Of a DNA stretch of 64,000 nucleotides, positions 41,142-51,876 are shown piece by piece (the first letter of the stretch is position 1; the number at the start of each line of letters is the position of its first letter). Position numbers and translations under genes: made by a program. The notes beneath the pieces were generated by a model. It worked only from the letters and a program-made list of their open reading frames with translations, did no database searches and was not told where the DNA came from. Source of the stretch: Naegleria gruberi (taxonomy: Eukaryota). Location of the stretch: assembly GCA_000004985.1 (NCBI GenBank), contig GG738899.1; one strand, 5' to 3'.

Positions 41142-44100
41142 ATGCTTCCATTTCCGCACAGGTTGTCTTATTTGTGTTTGTTATTTCTCTTCTTGGTACT
41201 CTTTACCCACCACAGCAACACAACAAACACTTTCTATCCTGTTGAATATTCTATGGAAGCAATTGTTGGCAACAGTCCAAATAGTACTTGGCATGCTTTG
41301 GATTACTTCTTCAAAGTAATACCTTCTTTCCGAGAGCCTGATAGATTCATCTACGTTCATGCAGCCAGAATGGGTGATGGTAAATTCAGTCTTCATAAAT
41401 TTGATAAATTAGAAGGAAATTATCAAAATATTGCTCCTGATGTGATGTATTTCACACTTGTTGCTCACATAACAGATGACAACTCTGTCCATGATGTGCT
41501 TTATTATGCTACCGATTCTACATGTACTTTTTACAAGTATAACGAAACAAACAACTCAACCACAAAAATTGCTGGTAATGGAGTTTGTGATACAAATTGC
41601 AATGCACGTGAAAAGCAATATAATGAGAGTCTTTGCAGGGGTTATTTAATGTCTTATCCACATAAATTCAATAATGAGAGTGAATTGTCCTTCTACTTAT
41701 ATGGTGGACAAGAAATTTATCGATTGAAGAATAATTTGGTACAGATTGTGGCAGGTCATGGAAAATCAACTTCCTTAGAAGATCAACCAGCAACAAATGT
41801 TACATTGGGTATATCTGGAACTTGTACCAACTCACTTGGAGAGATTTATATACTACAAAATTATCGAGAAGGAACAGGATATTATATTAGAAAGATTTAT
41901 CCAAATGGTATAATTACTACTGTCCTTTCGTTGATGGGAAATTATGCATATTCTGGTACTTGTTTGTTTGATAGTACTGTTTACGAGGTGGAAAATAAGA
42001 AAATGGTGTTGGATAGGTTATATATTTACGAACATCCAGCATCTACTGTAACAAAGTTTGAGCTTACTTTCGAATATCCAAACACTGGAAAGCCAACATT
42101 GCTTAATTATTCACAAACTACTCTAATTGGAAAATATAACTCTTTTGTACAAGCTGGAGATGGTGGCAAAGCAATCGATGGCAGAATTAGTACTGTAAAT
42201 GTCGACGCTTTTGATGGATTTGTTGCACTTTCTGCTCTGGGTAATGTTAGATTTATTGACAATCAAACTGGAATAATATCAGAGGTACTTTCGGCAAAAG
42301 GACATGGATTTTACACAGCAATTAATAATTTCAAATTCATACCAAAGGATATTATTTACTCTTACAATGAGGGAAATCCAGAAATTCACATAGCTGACCA
42401 TGTCTCATCTTCAATTTTGAAATATTCTTTGAAGAGCAAGAGTATGGAGCCAATGAAAAAGTATTTTATTAGCGATTTGAATAATGCCCCATCTACAGCA
42501 AAACCCTACTCTATGGCATTGGATTCCTATTCTAATTTACTTGTTTCTAATGATTTAAGCTATTGGAGCCCCAACTTTTTAGTTAATATAACCAAACTTG
42601 GACCAAAGGTGATATTTGGACAAAACAAAAAAATTGATGATTCTATTAGTTTGGATTCCTCAATATTGGGTAGGCCCTATTCCAGTTTTTTCATTATGTA
42701 CAATCAGGCGTACTATAGCATAGTTTCAGACAGAGGCAACAATAGACTCTTGCTTATTGACTTTGATGGAAGGAATATTACAACAATAGCTAGTATGAAA
42801 GATGGTATCAATGGACCAACTGGTATTTGCTATCTGAGCGATAGAAGTATGGTGATATTTTCAGATACTGGTAATCACGTCTTGAGATATTACAATATTA
42901 GGACACGTGAATTGGGAATATTTGCTGGAAGATTAGGAAAGAAAGGATTTACTGAAGGTTCTTTGCTCAACGCAACATTCAATCAAGTAAGTTTTAAAAT
43001 GAAACCAAACTAATTATACTAACTCAAAACACAGCCTGTTGGATTATCTTGCACTTTAGATAAAATTCTTGTGGCTGATTCTCATAATCATGCAATCAGA
43101 TTAATCAATATATATGCAAGCACTGTGGAAACTATTGCAGGAACTGGTAAGTGTTTTTGTTACAAAATTAAAGATCTTAATGCTCAATTCAGGAGAGGAA
43201 GGTTTTAATGGAGATTTCTTGGTACCTTTGAGTACTACATTCAATAATCCAATGGGAGTTTGCTTCCAAGAGCGTAATATTATAGTTGCTGACACGAATA
43301 ATCATAGAGTTAGAGTTATTGATGTAAACAACAGATATGTTTCCACAATCGCAGGATCTTTTTTGGATGGAGATAGTGGAGATGAAGGATTGGCCTCAAA
43401 AAGTTTACTCAATTCACCTCATGATGTTCAATATGAAGATAATGTAGTTTATATTGCTGGTATGTTTCAGGTATTTTTTGTTCAAGCTTCTAATCATTTC
43501 AGATTCTGGAAATAACAAAATTAGAGTAATTAAAGACCAAACTATTAGTTCCTTAATAGGGAGAAGTGGTAATTCTGGATTTGAGGGAGATGGAGGTCCT
43601 GGTTTAACAGCAAAGCTCAATTTCCCAACAGGATTGAGTCTTTCTACGAAATATATTGTAATTTCTGATTCAAAGAATAATAGACTTAGATTTTATTTAA
43701 AAGAAGAAAAAACTATTTATACATTAGCGGGTGGTTTTGGAGATAATGGGCCATCTGAGAATGGTATTGGAACACCGTTCGGAGTTACAATCTCTCCAAA
43801 CAATGAAATTTATGTCTCAGATGTGTTGAATAATTTAATTAGACGAATTAAGAATGGAAAAATTACAACAGTAGCAGGTTCTGGAGCATATGGATATAAT
43901 GGCGATGATATTAGTGCATTGAAAGCTTCTTTGGCATCACCTTCGAACATTGTTGTCAATCCTCTAACAAATGACATTATATTTTCAGATACAAACAATC
44001 ATAGAATTCGAATAATTTACAGTGACGGAAATATATCTACATTGGCTGGAACTGGACAAGCAGGTTATAATGGTGATGGAGTGGCTTCAGCTACTCACCT

Positions 44101-46057
44101 CCACTCACCTTCTTTTATCAAATTCATTCCACCACAATTCGAAGTGATAGTTTTTTCTGATTCTGCAAATGGAAGAATACGAAAGATTAGCAAGGTGAAT
44201 AATATTTATATGGTATCGACAATTGCAGGACCTCCTGACTTGATTGGAGTACCTGAGGGATTATCAATTTCAAACGAAGGAGATGTATATTTTGCAGATT
44301 CAAAGAATTTAAGAATTTCAAAACTAATTCCAACCTGTCAACCAGGATATGTACTCAATTTGGAAAAAACAAAGTGTATTCCTATTTGCTATGATATTTC
44401 GGCCCTTGATCCTTCCTCTTGCTCCAGTCATGGAAGTTGCATCGATAGAAACAATTGCCAATGCATGAATGGATATACTGGAAATTCCTGTCAATATTCA
44501 ATCTGTCATGGAATTTCTGGACAAAATATTAGTGTTTGCTCATATTCGGGAACTTGTGTATCTCCAAATAAGTGTGAATGTGTTTCAGGCTATGCTGGAG
44601 ATCAGTGTGAATTACCTACTTGTTTTGGAAAAACTGGAAGAGAGGGTTGTAATAATCGTGGAAAGTGCCATGCTAGAAATTTTTGCATTTGTGAAAATGG
44701 TTATGCAGGAACAACGTGTGAAACAAATGTAATATTGATTGGCTCTCTAGTTGCGGTCTTTGCTGTTGCATTGATTATTATTGGCATTGTGGTGTTAATT
44801 TTAATATTTGTCTTTTCCAAATATAGGAAACAGAAGAAGATTATTGATACCGATCTTACACTGGATGAGAGATTGTTATCACAAACTGAATTGGAAATTA
44901 GCAATACAAGTTCTAATCGTACATATCATCAAGAAGAAGACAAGTTTATCATTCCAATTGAACAATTGAATATGGATAAACCAATTAAAGTAAGTATAGC
45001 AAAGGAAATCAACATTAACAAATTTAACCTATTTTACACAGAGACTTGGAGAAGGAGGAATGGGAAGCGTATTCATGACCAAATATAATGGAATGAAGAT
45101 TGCTGTCAAAGTATTTGATTTGAACAATTTTAACATTTCCGAAGATGATTTCAAGATTGAAGCAATTTTATTAAGCAAGCTTAGACATCCAAACATTATC
45201 AACTTCTATGGCATATCGTCTACACCTACAAAGAGATTCATAGCAATGGAGGTAAGTTTCAATTATTTCCACGAGTGAAAACTGAACTATTTGAAATATA
45301 ATCACAGTGTATGGACAAGAGCTTGGAGTCCATGATTAGTTCACTGCAAAAAGGTACCTCTACATGTTCTCTTAAAATGAAACTATCCATTATTCTAAAT
45401 GTAGTGAGTGGTATCAATTATTTACATCATTTGGAGCCTAATTTTATTATTCATAGGTATGTTTTCACAAAGTGGCCTTTCACAATTTCTTATTGAATTA
45501 TATATAGAGATTTAAAACCAGCAAATATTCTCTTGGATAAAAATGGAATTGCAAAATTGTGTGACTTTGGATTGGGAAGGGCATTATCTTCCAATACAGT
45601 ATCAGCAATCACTAGTAAGGTTGGAACATATAATTATATGTCGCCAGAACTTTTCTCAGATGATATAGAAAGAGGAGATGCTCGATCAATTGATATTTAC
45701 AGTTTAGCCATCATTCTATGGCAACTCGTATTCGAAATTATGGAACCATATCAAAGCTCGGATACAAAAGTTCTTCAAAAATTGAATTTGGAAAAACCAA
45801 AAACCTTTAACAGCACTTATCATTTCCACAAAAGTATCTGTGAAGAGAAATTGAGACCAATTATTCCATTTTCCACATTGGAGGAATGTCGTGAGTGGTG
45901 TGAAAAATTCCTAGACCAAGAACAAGCCAAGTACTATGAGGTAATTTATGAGATGAGTCAATTGATTGAACAATCGTGGAGTCATGAGCCAAGTAAGAGA
46001 CCAACAAGTGTTCAGATTTTGGAAAAGATTGAGGAATGGGATGAACGAGTTTTGTAA
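41142..46057 (+). CDS. NHL-repeat / EGF-like / TM receptor protein kinase, 7 exons. join(41142..42986,43035..43146,43193..43459,43503..44989,45042..45251,45308..45456,45508..46057)
   Basis: Six introns of 48, 46, 43, 52, 56 and 51 nt, all with GTAAGT/GTATGT donors and CAG/TAG acceptors; each removes in-frame stops and joins conserved motifs (IYIA|DSGNNKIRVI; IIH-R|DLKPANIL). Signal peptide, many NHL repeats, four EGF-like modules (CSSHGSCIDRNNCQCMNGYTGNSC ...), TM helix LIGSLVAVFAVALIIIGIVVLILIFVF. Kinase with GEGGMGSVF (G-loop), AVK, HRDLKPAN, DFGLG, YMSPEL. Confidence 0.7.
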
Positions 46058-46130
46058 AATTTAATTTTCAATTCAATTTCTGCATTGAGTTCAGGTTCAA
46101 AGTTTAATTTTCCAATTTCTAATAAAAAAA

Positions 46131-46472
46131 ATGAGTACCAGATCATCTGCGATTGATCGATTCACTATTAGCAATGGACCACAAAGGTGTGAAAATCAAA
46201 TTAATAGAATTTGTCCATTGTTTCTTCGGAATTTGTGTAGAAAAGGAGATGCATGCAATTTCCTTCATGAAATGCCATCAATTTCAGTGTGTCCTTTCTA
46301 TCAAGGTGGATTTTGCAAAGATGGACCAAAATGCAAATTAAAACACATCAAATCCGTGGCTTGTCCTGATTATTTATCTGGATTTTGCATCAATGGTCCA
46401 AATTGCAACTATTCACATCCTAAACTTGAATCTGATCAGATTTTCAACATGAAGTGCCAATCTGATCAATGA
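46131..46472 (+). CDS. Small CCCH-type zinc-finger protein (three C-x7/8-C-x5-C-x3-H fingers, CPSF30/ZC3H-like)
   Basis: CPLFLRNLCRKGDACNFLH, CPFYQGGFCKDGPKCKLKH, CPDYLSGFCINGPNCNYSH. 113 aa. ATG at 46131. Confidence 0.6.
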   Translation: MSTRSSAIDRFTISNGPQRCENQINRICPLFLRNLCRKGDACNFLHEMPSISVCPFYQGGFCKDGPKCKLKHIKSVACPDYLSGFCINGPNCNYSHPKLESDQIFNMKCQSDQ

Positions 46473-46921
46473 TTATCCATGAAATCCTACTCCGATTGTA
46501 TCAAGATTACAAAAAATTCATTCTTTCAAATTCCACTCCAATTCCTCTCTCTCAACATAATCCATCCTCTCATCCGACCGAAACAAATTTCAAAATACCC
46601 ACTGTTCCCGCCAAAATCATTGTAAACATGCACATGCACACCGAACTAACTCATGTCTTGCCTTAATTACTCCTAATTGTCCTGTTGAACGTGCGCTATT
46701 GCATTTTATAGCCTTTATATTGTTGCAGAGCATTTAGCCTTTGGCTCGAGAATCTTTTTGAAAACGACAATTTTTCAAAGCACTCGAAAAACGACGCTAA
46801 AAAACTCTCGAAAAAAAAATTGTCGTAATTGGTCGGTGATTGAACCACGCAAATTTCAAAGCCTAAAAGAAGATTTTTCACTACTGCAAGCCTTGACTAG
46901 ATTTAAACAGCTGTTTTAAAG

Positions 46922-48490
46922 ATGCAAGAAGCACATGAGGGAAATAACATTGAAGGAGTTTCGACTTCTGTAGAATTAGAAATTGTTGATAGTAATAATA
47001 ATAATAATGGAGAGCAACAACATGATGTAGAGGTGGTGGCGAGGAATGAAGAACAATCGACGCAGCATCAACAACAACAACAACAGTTTAATGTAATGAT
47101 AGAAGAAGAATCTCCTCAAGCTTCGAATAAGCCAATCACATATTACGAATCTTCACCAACAGCCATTGATAATAATTCTTCAATAACAACAACAACAACA
47201 AATAAGAAAAAGGTTAAATTACCTCCTCCAATGATAACCAAAAGCATTCAAACTAAGCAATGGCAAGTTGACTTCTCCAAGTTTCCCATAATCGAAACTG
47301 ACAAGGCAACTAAACTTAAAAAGCGAGTTTCCAAATTTTACGAAAAGCAAAACGAACTGGTTGAAGGTTTTGCTGATTTATATACGAATACCATTACGAA
47401 AGATTTTCTGGTAGACGGAGAAGACGGATATTTAGAATTGAACGACGAGCTTAAGGAAGAAAATCCAATTGACTCTTCAGCAAAGGACGATAGATATGCA
47501 AACTTTTGCATTCAAGCAAGTTTTTGGGTGAATATCTTGTTATTGTTTTTAAAGGTTTCAGCTAGTTTCTTATCAATTTCACTATCAGTTATTACTTCAA
47601 CTGTAGATTCGATTCTTGACATTGTTTCTGGGCTAATCCTTGTGTATACGAATCATTTGAGAAAAAAGAAGGGAGATTCTCACAAATATCCAGTTGGTAA
47701 GGATAGATTAGAACCACTGAGTTTCATTATTTTTGCAACATGCATGGCAACTGCAAGTCTTCAAATTATTAAGGAAGGTGTTGTGACAATTATTCAAGGA
47801 TTAGTGACAGGAGATCCATATTTACCTGCAAATAATGAAAACTTGATCAGTTGGAGTTCTCAACCAGAAACTCTTTCAGGTGAAATGGAATGGATGCTTG
47901 GAATCAAAGTTCCTGCCACCTTCAAGTTATTTGCCTATTCCTACAGTTTGGCTGTCATGTTGGTTGCTGTCGTTTTGAAAACCATCTTGTATTTCTTGTG
48001 TATTAGAGCTAAATCTGCTTCATGTGAAGCCTATGCCTTCGATCACAGAAATGATGTGCTCAGTAACTCATTCCTAGTTGCCTCCCTTTTCATTTCAATG
48101 TGGGCTTGGTGGGTTGATCCATTCAGTGCAACAGTTCTCTCCTGTTATATTATCTATGGATGGGTAGGTGAATCAATGGAACATGTGACCAAGCTTGTTG
48201 GTTTATCAGCTGAAAGTGATCTCATTCAGAAATTGACATTTATTGCTTACAACCATTGTGAAAAAATTGTTAAAGTTGATTTGGTCACTGCTTGGTATAG
48301 TGGAATGAATATTATTGCTGAAATTCATGTTGTCTTGCCACCTGACATGTCACTTAAGGAAGCACACAATATTGGAGCCAAGTTACAGACAAAGATTGAA
48401 TCTGTTCCAGAAGTGGAAAGATGTTTCGTCCATTTGGATTTCAACGACACTCACAAGAATGAAAGATCATTAATTGGAAAAGATGTATAA
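46922..48490 (+). CDS. Cation diffusion facilitator (CDF) family metal (Mn/Zn) efflux transporter with a low-complexity N-terminal extension
   Basis: Cation_efflux TM core (ANFCIQASFWVNILLLFLKVSASFLSISLSVITSTVDSILDIVSG ... HVVLPPDMSLKEAHNIGAKLQTKIE). The N-terminus is rich in N/Q/T repeats. Confidence 0.7.
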   Translation: MQEAHEGNNIEGVSTSVELEIVDSNNNNNGEQQHDVEVVARNEEQSTQHQQQQQQFNVMIEEESPQASNKPITYYESSPTAIDNNSSITTTTTNKKKVKLPPPMITKSIQTKQWQVDFSKFPIIETDKATKLKKRVSKFYEKQNELVEGFADLYTNTITKDFLVDGEDGYLELNDELKEENPIDSSAKDDRYANFCIQASFWVNILLLFLKVSASFLSISLSVITSTVDSILDIVSGLILVYTNHLRKKKGDSHKYPVGKDRLEPLSFIIFATCMATASLQIIKEGVVTIIQGLVTGDPYLPANNENLISWSSQPETLSGEMEWMLGIKVPATFKLFAYSYSLAVMLVAVVLKTILYFLCIRAKSASCEAYAFDHRNDVLSNSFLVASLFISMWAWWVDPFSATVLSCYIIYGWVGESMEHVTKLVGLSAESDLIQKLTFIAYNHCEKIVKVDLVTAWYSGMNIIAEIHVVLPPDMSLKEAHNIGAKLQTKIESVPEVERCFVHLDFNDTHKNERSLIGKDV

Positions 48491-48563
48491 CAATTTTATT
48501 ATTATAAATATTACAAAATACCATTTATTAATTTTTTCAAGATAGTTTCCTGTTCTCAACAAT

Positions 48564-51113
48564 TTACAAATTGAAATGTGGTGTGAACAAGCTCAACAAG
48601 AATGGAATCAAACATAAAATGACCAAAATCAATGGTGTGACTGATGCATTCATTAGAGAAGCACCAGAAGTGGCATTTCTATTCAAAGATCCAGTTGGAA
48701 TTGTTGAATTGTTACCATTATTGTCATTATTTCCAATGGTGGTTTGACATTGAGCTCCAGTATGTTTGGAATCACATGTGCAGGTGTCATTCTTGAGACA
48801 AGTACCAAATCCAGAGCAAACAGTGGCTGAAGTATTTGAAATTCCATAACAAACAACAACTGGTTGACTTGGTTGAGTAATGGTAGTTTCACATTTGGCT
48901 CCAGTATGCTTTGAATCACATGTACAAGTATTGTTTTTGACACAGGTGCCGAATCCAGAACAAACACTTGGTGAACTACTCAAAATTCCATAACAAACAA
49001 TCACTGGTTGAGCAATCACATTTTCACACTTTACACCAGTATGTTTGGAATCACATGTGCAGGTATCATTCTTGAGACAAGTTCCAAATCCAGAGCAAAC
49101 GCTTGGTGATGTGCTCAAAATTCCATAACAGACAATTGGAATGGTATTTTCACATTTAGAGCCTGTGTGAGATGAATCACAAGTACATGTATCATTCTTT
49201 AAACATTTACCAAATCCAGAACAGACAGCAGCTGAAGTATTTGAAATTCCATAACACATAATCACTGGTTGACTTGGTTGAGTGATGGTATTTTCACATT
49301 TGGCTCCAGAATGAGATGCATCACAAGTACATGTATCATTCTTTAAACATTTACCAAATCCAGAACAAACAGCAGCTGAAGTATTGGAAATTCCATAACA
49401 AACAACAACAACTGGTGGGTTATTATTGTTGCTATTCACATTAAAGGATGGAACAACCAATAAACTTGCACTTCTTGCATCCAATGAAACAGTTACCTTA
49501 CCATCAACTGAGCTAGTAGTCAGAGTTTGAGAATTCTTTGAAATAGTTCCAGGAGAAACAAATGTCCAAGTGGTGATGGATTTGCTCTTTCCAACGTCAC
49601 CTGCCAATTGTAAACTAACACTTGAAGCTGAAGTTAACTTGTTCACAAGGACAATGTACAATGTATTTGAGGCAGAGTTGACAAATGAGTAAGCTCCAAC
49701 ACTGTCAACATTTGAACTAGTGGTATTGACATAGGCTCCATTAATGCCAGCTCCCTTTCCGTCATAATTCATTAAAAATTGGAATGATTTCTCAACCATT
49801 GAACCACTTTTTGGAACTGTAAAACGAGTTGCCAAATCAACTCCTTCTCTACCAAAAATGGTTAAAATTTCAACTTGGGCCAAAGCAGAAGACCAAAGAT
49901 TGTCAGCTCCAAAATTATATTCAGTAATGGCCAACTTCAACTCTGGACAATACTTGGCAATGGATGCTTTCATACGTGGAATGAGTGCAACCCTTGAAAG
50001 TGGTCCATTAGATTCAGCATCAGTAATCCAACTTTCATCAACATAATTAAAATCATACAAGCTCTTGACAGTTCTCAAACGAAGATCTGAATTCGTATCT
50101 GCTGTTTGAGTGTCATCATAAATTCCACTTGCTTGTGGATAATAGTGAATATCCAAATAGTCAACCAACAAAATTCCAGTATTCTTCTTATATTCACAAA
50201 CCTTTGTCAAGTAATAATCAATGAGTGGTAAATTGGAATGAGCTTGACGATCAGCACCAGAGGAACAACCATCTGCAGGGGAATAATAATATCCGCAATG
50301 TCCCCATGAATTTGGACCAAATGTCTTGATTGTGGAATCTTCTGTCTTGATTGCTTTGGCATATTTCTCAGTTAAGGTCCACATTTCATCGTAGGTTATT
50401 GGATTTGGATGGACATCATGATGGGTGGAATGCCACAAGTCCATTTCATTATCCAATGACCACAATTTGACAGGTGTTCCTCTACTTTTCATGTATTTGA
50501 TCCAGTTGACTACATAATTTTCATCAATGACTTTTGAAGTTTCTGCTGGATCATTTCCAGTAACATAGATATTACCAGTCTTTTTACCATTACCAGCATC
50601 TCCCATACACCAACTAGGAAAACCAGTTCTAGTACATTCAGTTTCCAATTGACTACCATATTTAGCAACTGAAAAACCCCACTTTTTAGAACGATCATCC
50701 AATGGAGTATAACCAATCAAACTAGCAGTCAGCATCAACTTGGATCCATGCTTATTAGCTGTGTCCATAAACATTGTAGCTGCAGATCCATTCGGCAAAA
50801 TTTGTCCGCTCTCAATTTCGTCTGGAATATTCATGAAAAACCAATCCTGAGCCGTGTTATGAATATTCTGTTGCCAATTATAACGAGTATCTGAATTACC
50901 ACCTTTACGATTGATTGTATATTTAACAGATTGAAAATTGGCTTCTTGTGCGTAGTTGACTCCAAAAATGTCTTGGTTGAGTTGGTTGCCGATTGGGAGG
51001 GAAGAATCAATTTTAACGGTGAGTTGTTGGTGGGTGGGGAAGAGGAGGAAGCAGATGATTGTCAGAAATAACAATCGACATGATGGTGTCAAGAGTTTGT
51101 TGACTAGTGACAT
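48564..51113 (-). CDS. Secreted glycoside hydrolase family 44-like endoglucanase fused to five tandem EGF-like Cys-rich modules, with a C-terminal hydrophobic (GPI-anchor-like) tail
   Basis: ATG at 51113 gives signal peptide MSLVNKLLTPSCRLLFLTIICFLLF. The catalytic-region motifs WSLDNEMDLWHSTHHDVHP and LLVDYLDIHYYPQA match the GH44 pattern (YSLDNEP.LW..THP..HP ... VHWYPE) as I remember it. About 850 aa with no intron. The C-terminus reads ...GNNDNNGNNSTIPTGS...LILVILCLIPFLLSLF. Confidence 0.6.
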   Translation of the reverse strand: MSLVNKLLTPSCRLLFLTIICFLLFPTHQQLTVKIDSSLPIGNQLNQDIFGVNYAQEANFQSVKYTINRKGGNSDTRYNWQQNIHNTAQDWFFMNIPDEIESGQILPNGSAATMFMDTANKHGSKLMLTASLIGYTPLDDRSKKWGFSVAKYGSQLETECTRTGFPSWCMGDAGNGKKTGNIYVTGNDPAETSKVIDENYVVNWIKYMKSRGTPVKLWSLDNEMDLWHSTHHDVHPNPITYDEMWTLTEKYAKAIKTEDSTIKTFGPNSWGHCGYYYSPADGCSSGADRQAHSNLPLIDYYLTKVCEYKKNTGILLVDYLDIHYYPQASGIYDDTQTADTNSDLRLRTVKSLYDFNYVDESWITDAESNGPLSRVALIPRMKASIAKYCPELKLAITEYNFGADNLWSSALAQVEILTIFGREGVDLATRFTVPKSGSMVEKSFQFLMNYDGKGAGINGAYVNTTSSNVDSVGAYSFVNSASNTLYIVLVNKLTSASSVSLQLAGDVGKSKSITTWTFVSPGTISKNSQTLTTSSVDGKVTVSLDARSASLLVVPSFNVNSNNNNPPVVVVCYGISNTSAAVCSGFGKCLKNDTCTCDASHSGAKCENTITQPSQPVIMCYGISNTSAAVCSGFGKCLKNDTCTCDSSHTGSKCENTIPIVCYGILSTSPSVCSGFGTCLKNDTCTCDSKHTGVKCENVIAQPVIVCYGILSSSPSVCSGFGTCVKNNTCTCDSKHTGAKCETTITQPSQPVVVCYGISNTSATVCSGFGTCLKNDTCTCDSKHTGAQCQTTIGNNDNNGNNSTIPTGSLNRNATSGASLMNASVTPLILVILCLIPFLLSLFTPHFNL
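48738..49404. repeat. Five tandem, near-identical 117-144-bp coding repeats, each encoding one EGF-like module (CYGISNTSAAVCSGFGKCLKNDTCTCDxxHxGxKCE...)
   Basis: DNA-level near-identity between units, for example 49201..49285 against 49321..49405. The protein shows five CYGI(S/L)..S..VCSGFG.C.KN.TCTCD units. Confidence 0.6.
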
Positions 51114-51571
51114 TTTTTTTGAGTGATGGGTTTGTTGGGTGCTTTTCAAATTTGTTTGAATATTTTTATGTTGCGATGAGGCTACTGATTTGGTAATTGA
51201 TTGTTGTGGAAGGTTTTTGAAAATCAACTGTTTCGAATAATTATGTTGTAAAGGTTCACCAATTCAATAATTAAAATTCGATTAGGTAAAAACCTTCATT
51301 CTTGCCAACCACCTTAATAGCAACTTGAAGCAATATCCAATGATTCAAGTGGTAGTCACAAATCAATTAACAAAACATTCAAATATACCAACAATTTAAA
51401 ATACAAGTGTCAAATCCTTTGGATGTGAACAAGCCAGAAGCTTCAGCTGTGGCAATAACTTGTCCAGAACTATATTCTACATGATGACCTCTCCCCAATC
51501 ATTGTGCCCTTAAAACGAGGAATTGCCTATTTAGAGAATGGAAATGAAAATACCCTTTAATAAAACGGATT

Positions 51572-51643
51572 GGGGACCAGTGGGAATCGAACCCACGGCC
51601 TCTCGCACCCAAAGCGAGAATCATACCACTAGACCATGGTCCC
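51572..51643 (-). tRNA. tRNA-Pro: tRNA-Pro (anticodon TGG)
   Basis: Minus strand GGGACCATGGTCTAGTGGTATGATTCTCGCTTTGGGTGCGAGAGGCCGTGGGTTCGATTCCCACTGGTCCCC. Perfect 7-bp acceptor stem, anticodon loop TTTGGGT, T-loop GGTTCGATTCC. It closely resembles the human tRNA-Pro body (GGTCTAGGGGTATGATTCTCGCTT.GGGTGCGAGAGG). Confidence 0.85.
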
Positions 51644-51876
51644 TTACACATGGTTTTTCAAAAACACTTTCAGTAGGCAAGCCTTATTATCATTTGCCTT
51701 AATTCAAAGGACGTCTCTTCTTTCAGTCTTGACAAATTGCTCATATTTTGATTGACTGCTACAACAGCCACAAATGGTAATACTACGGCAAGTGTTTCAA
51801 CCTCAAAAAAAAATGTGCGTTCCTACTAGACATATGAAATAAGTAAAAAAATCCAACAATAACTCGAGCAAAGATA

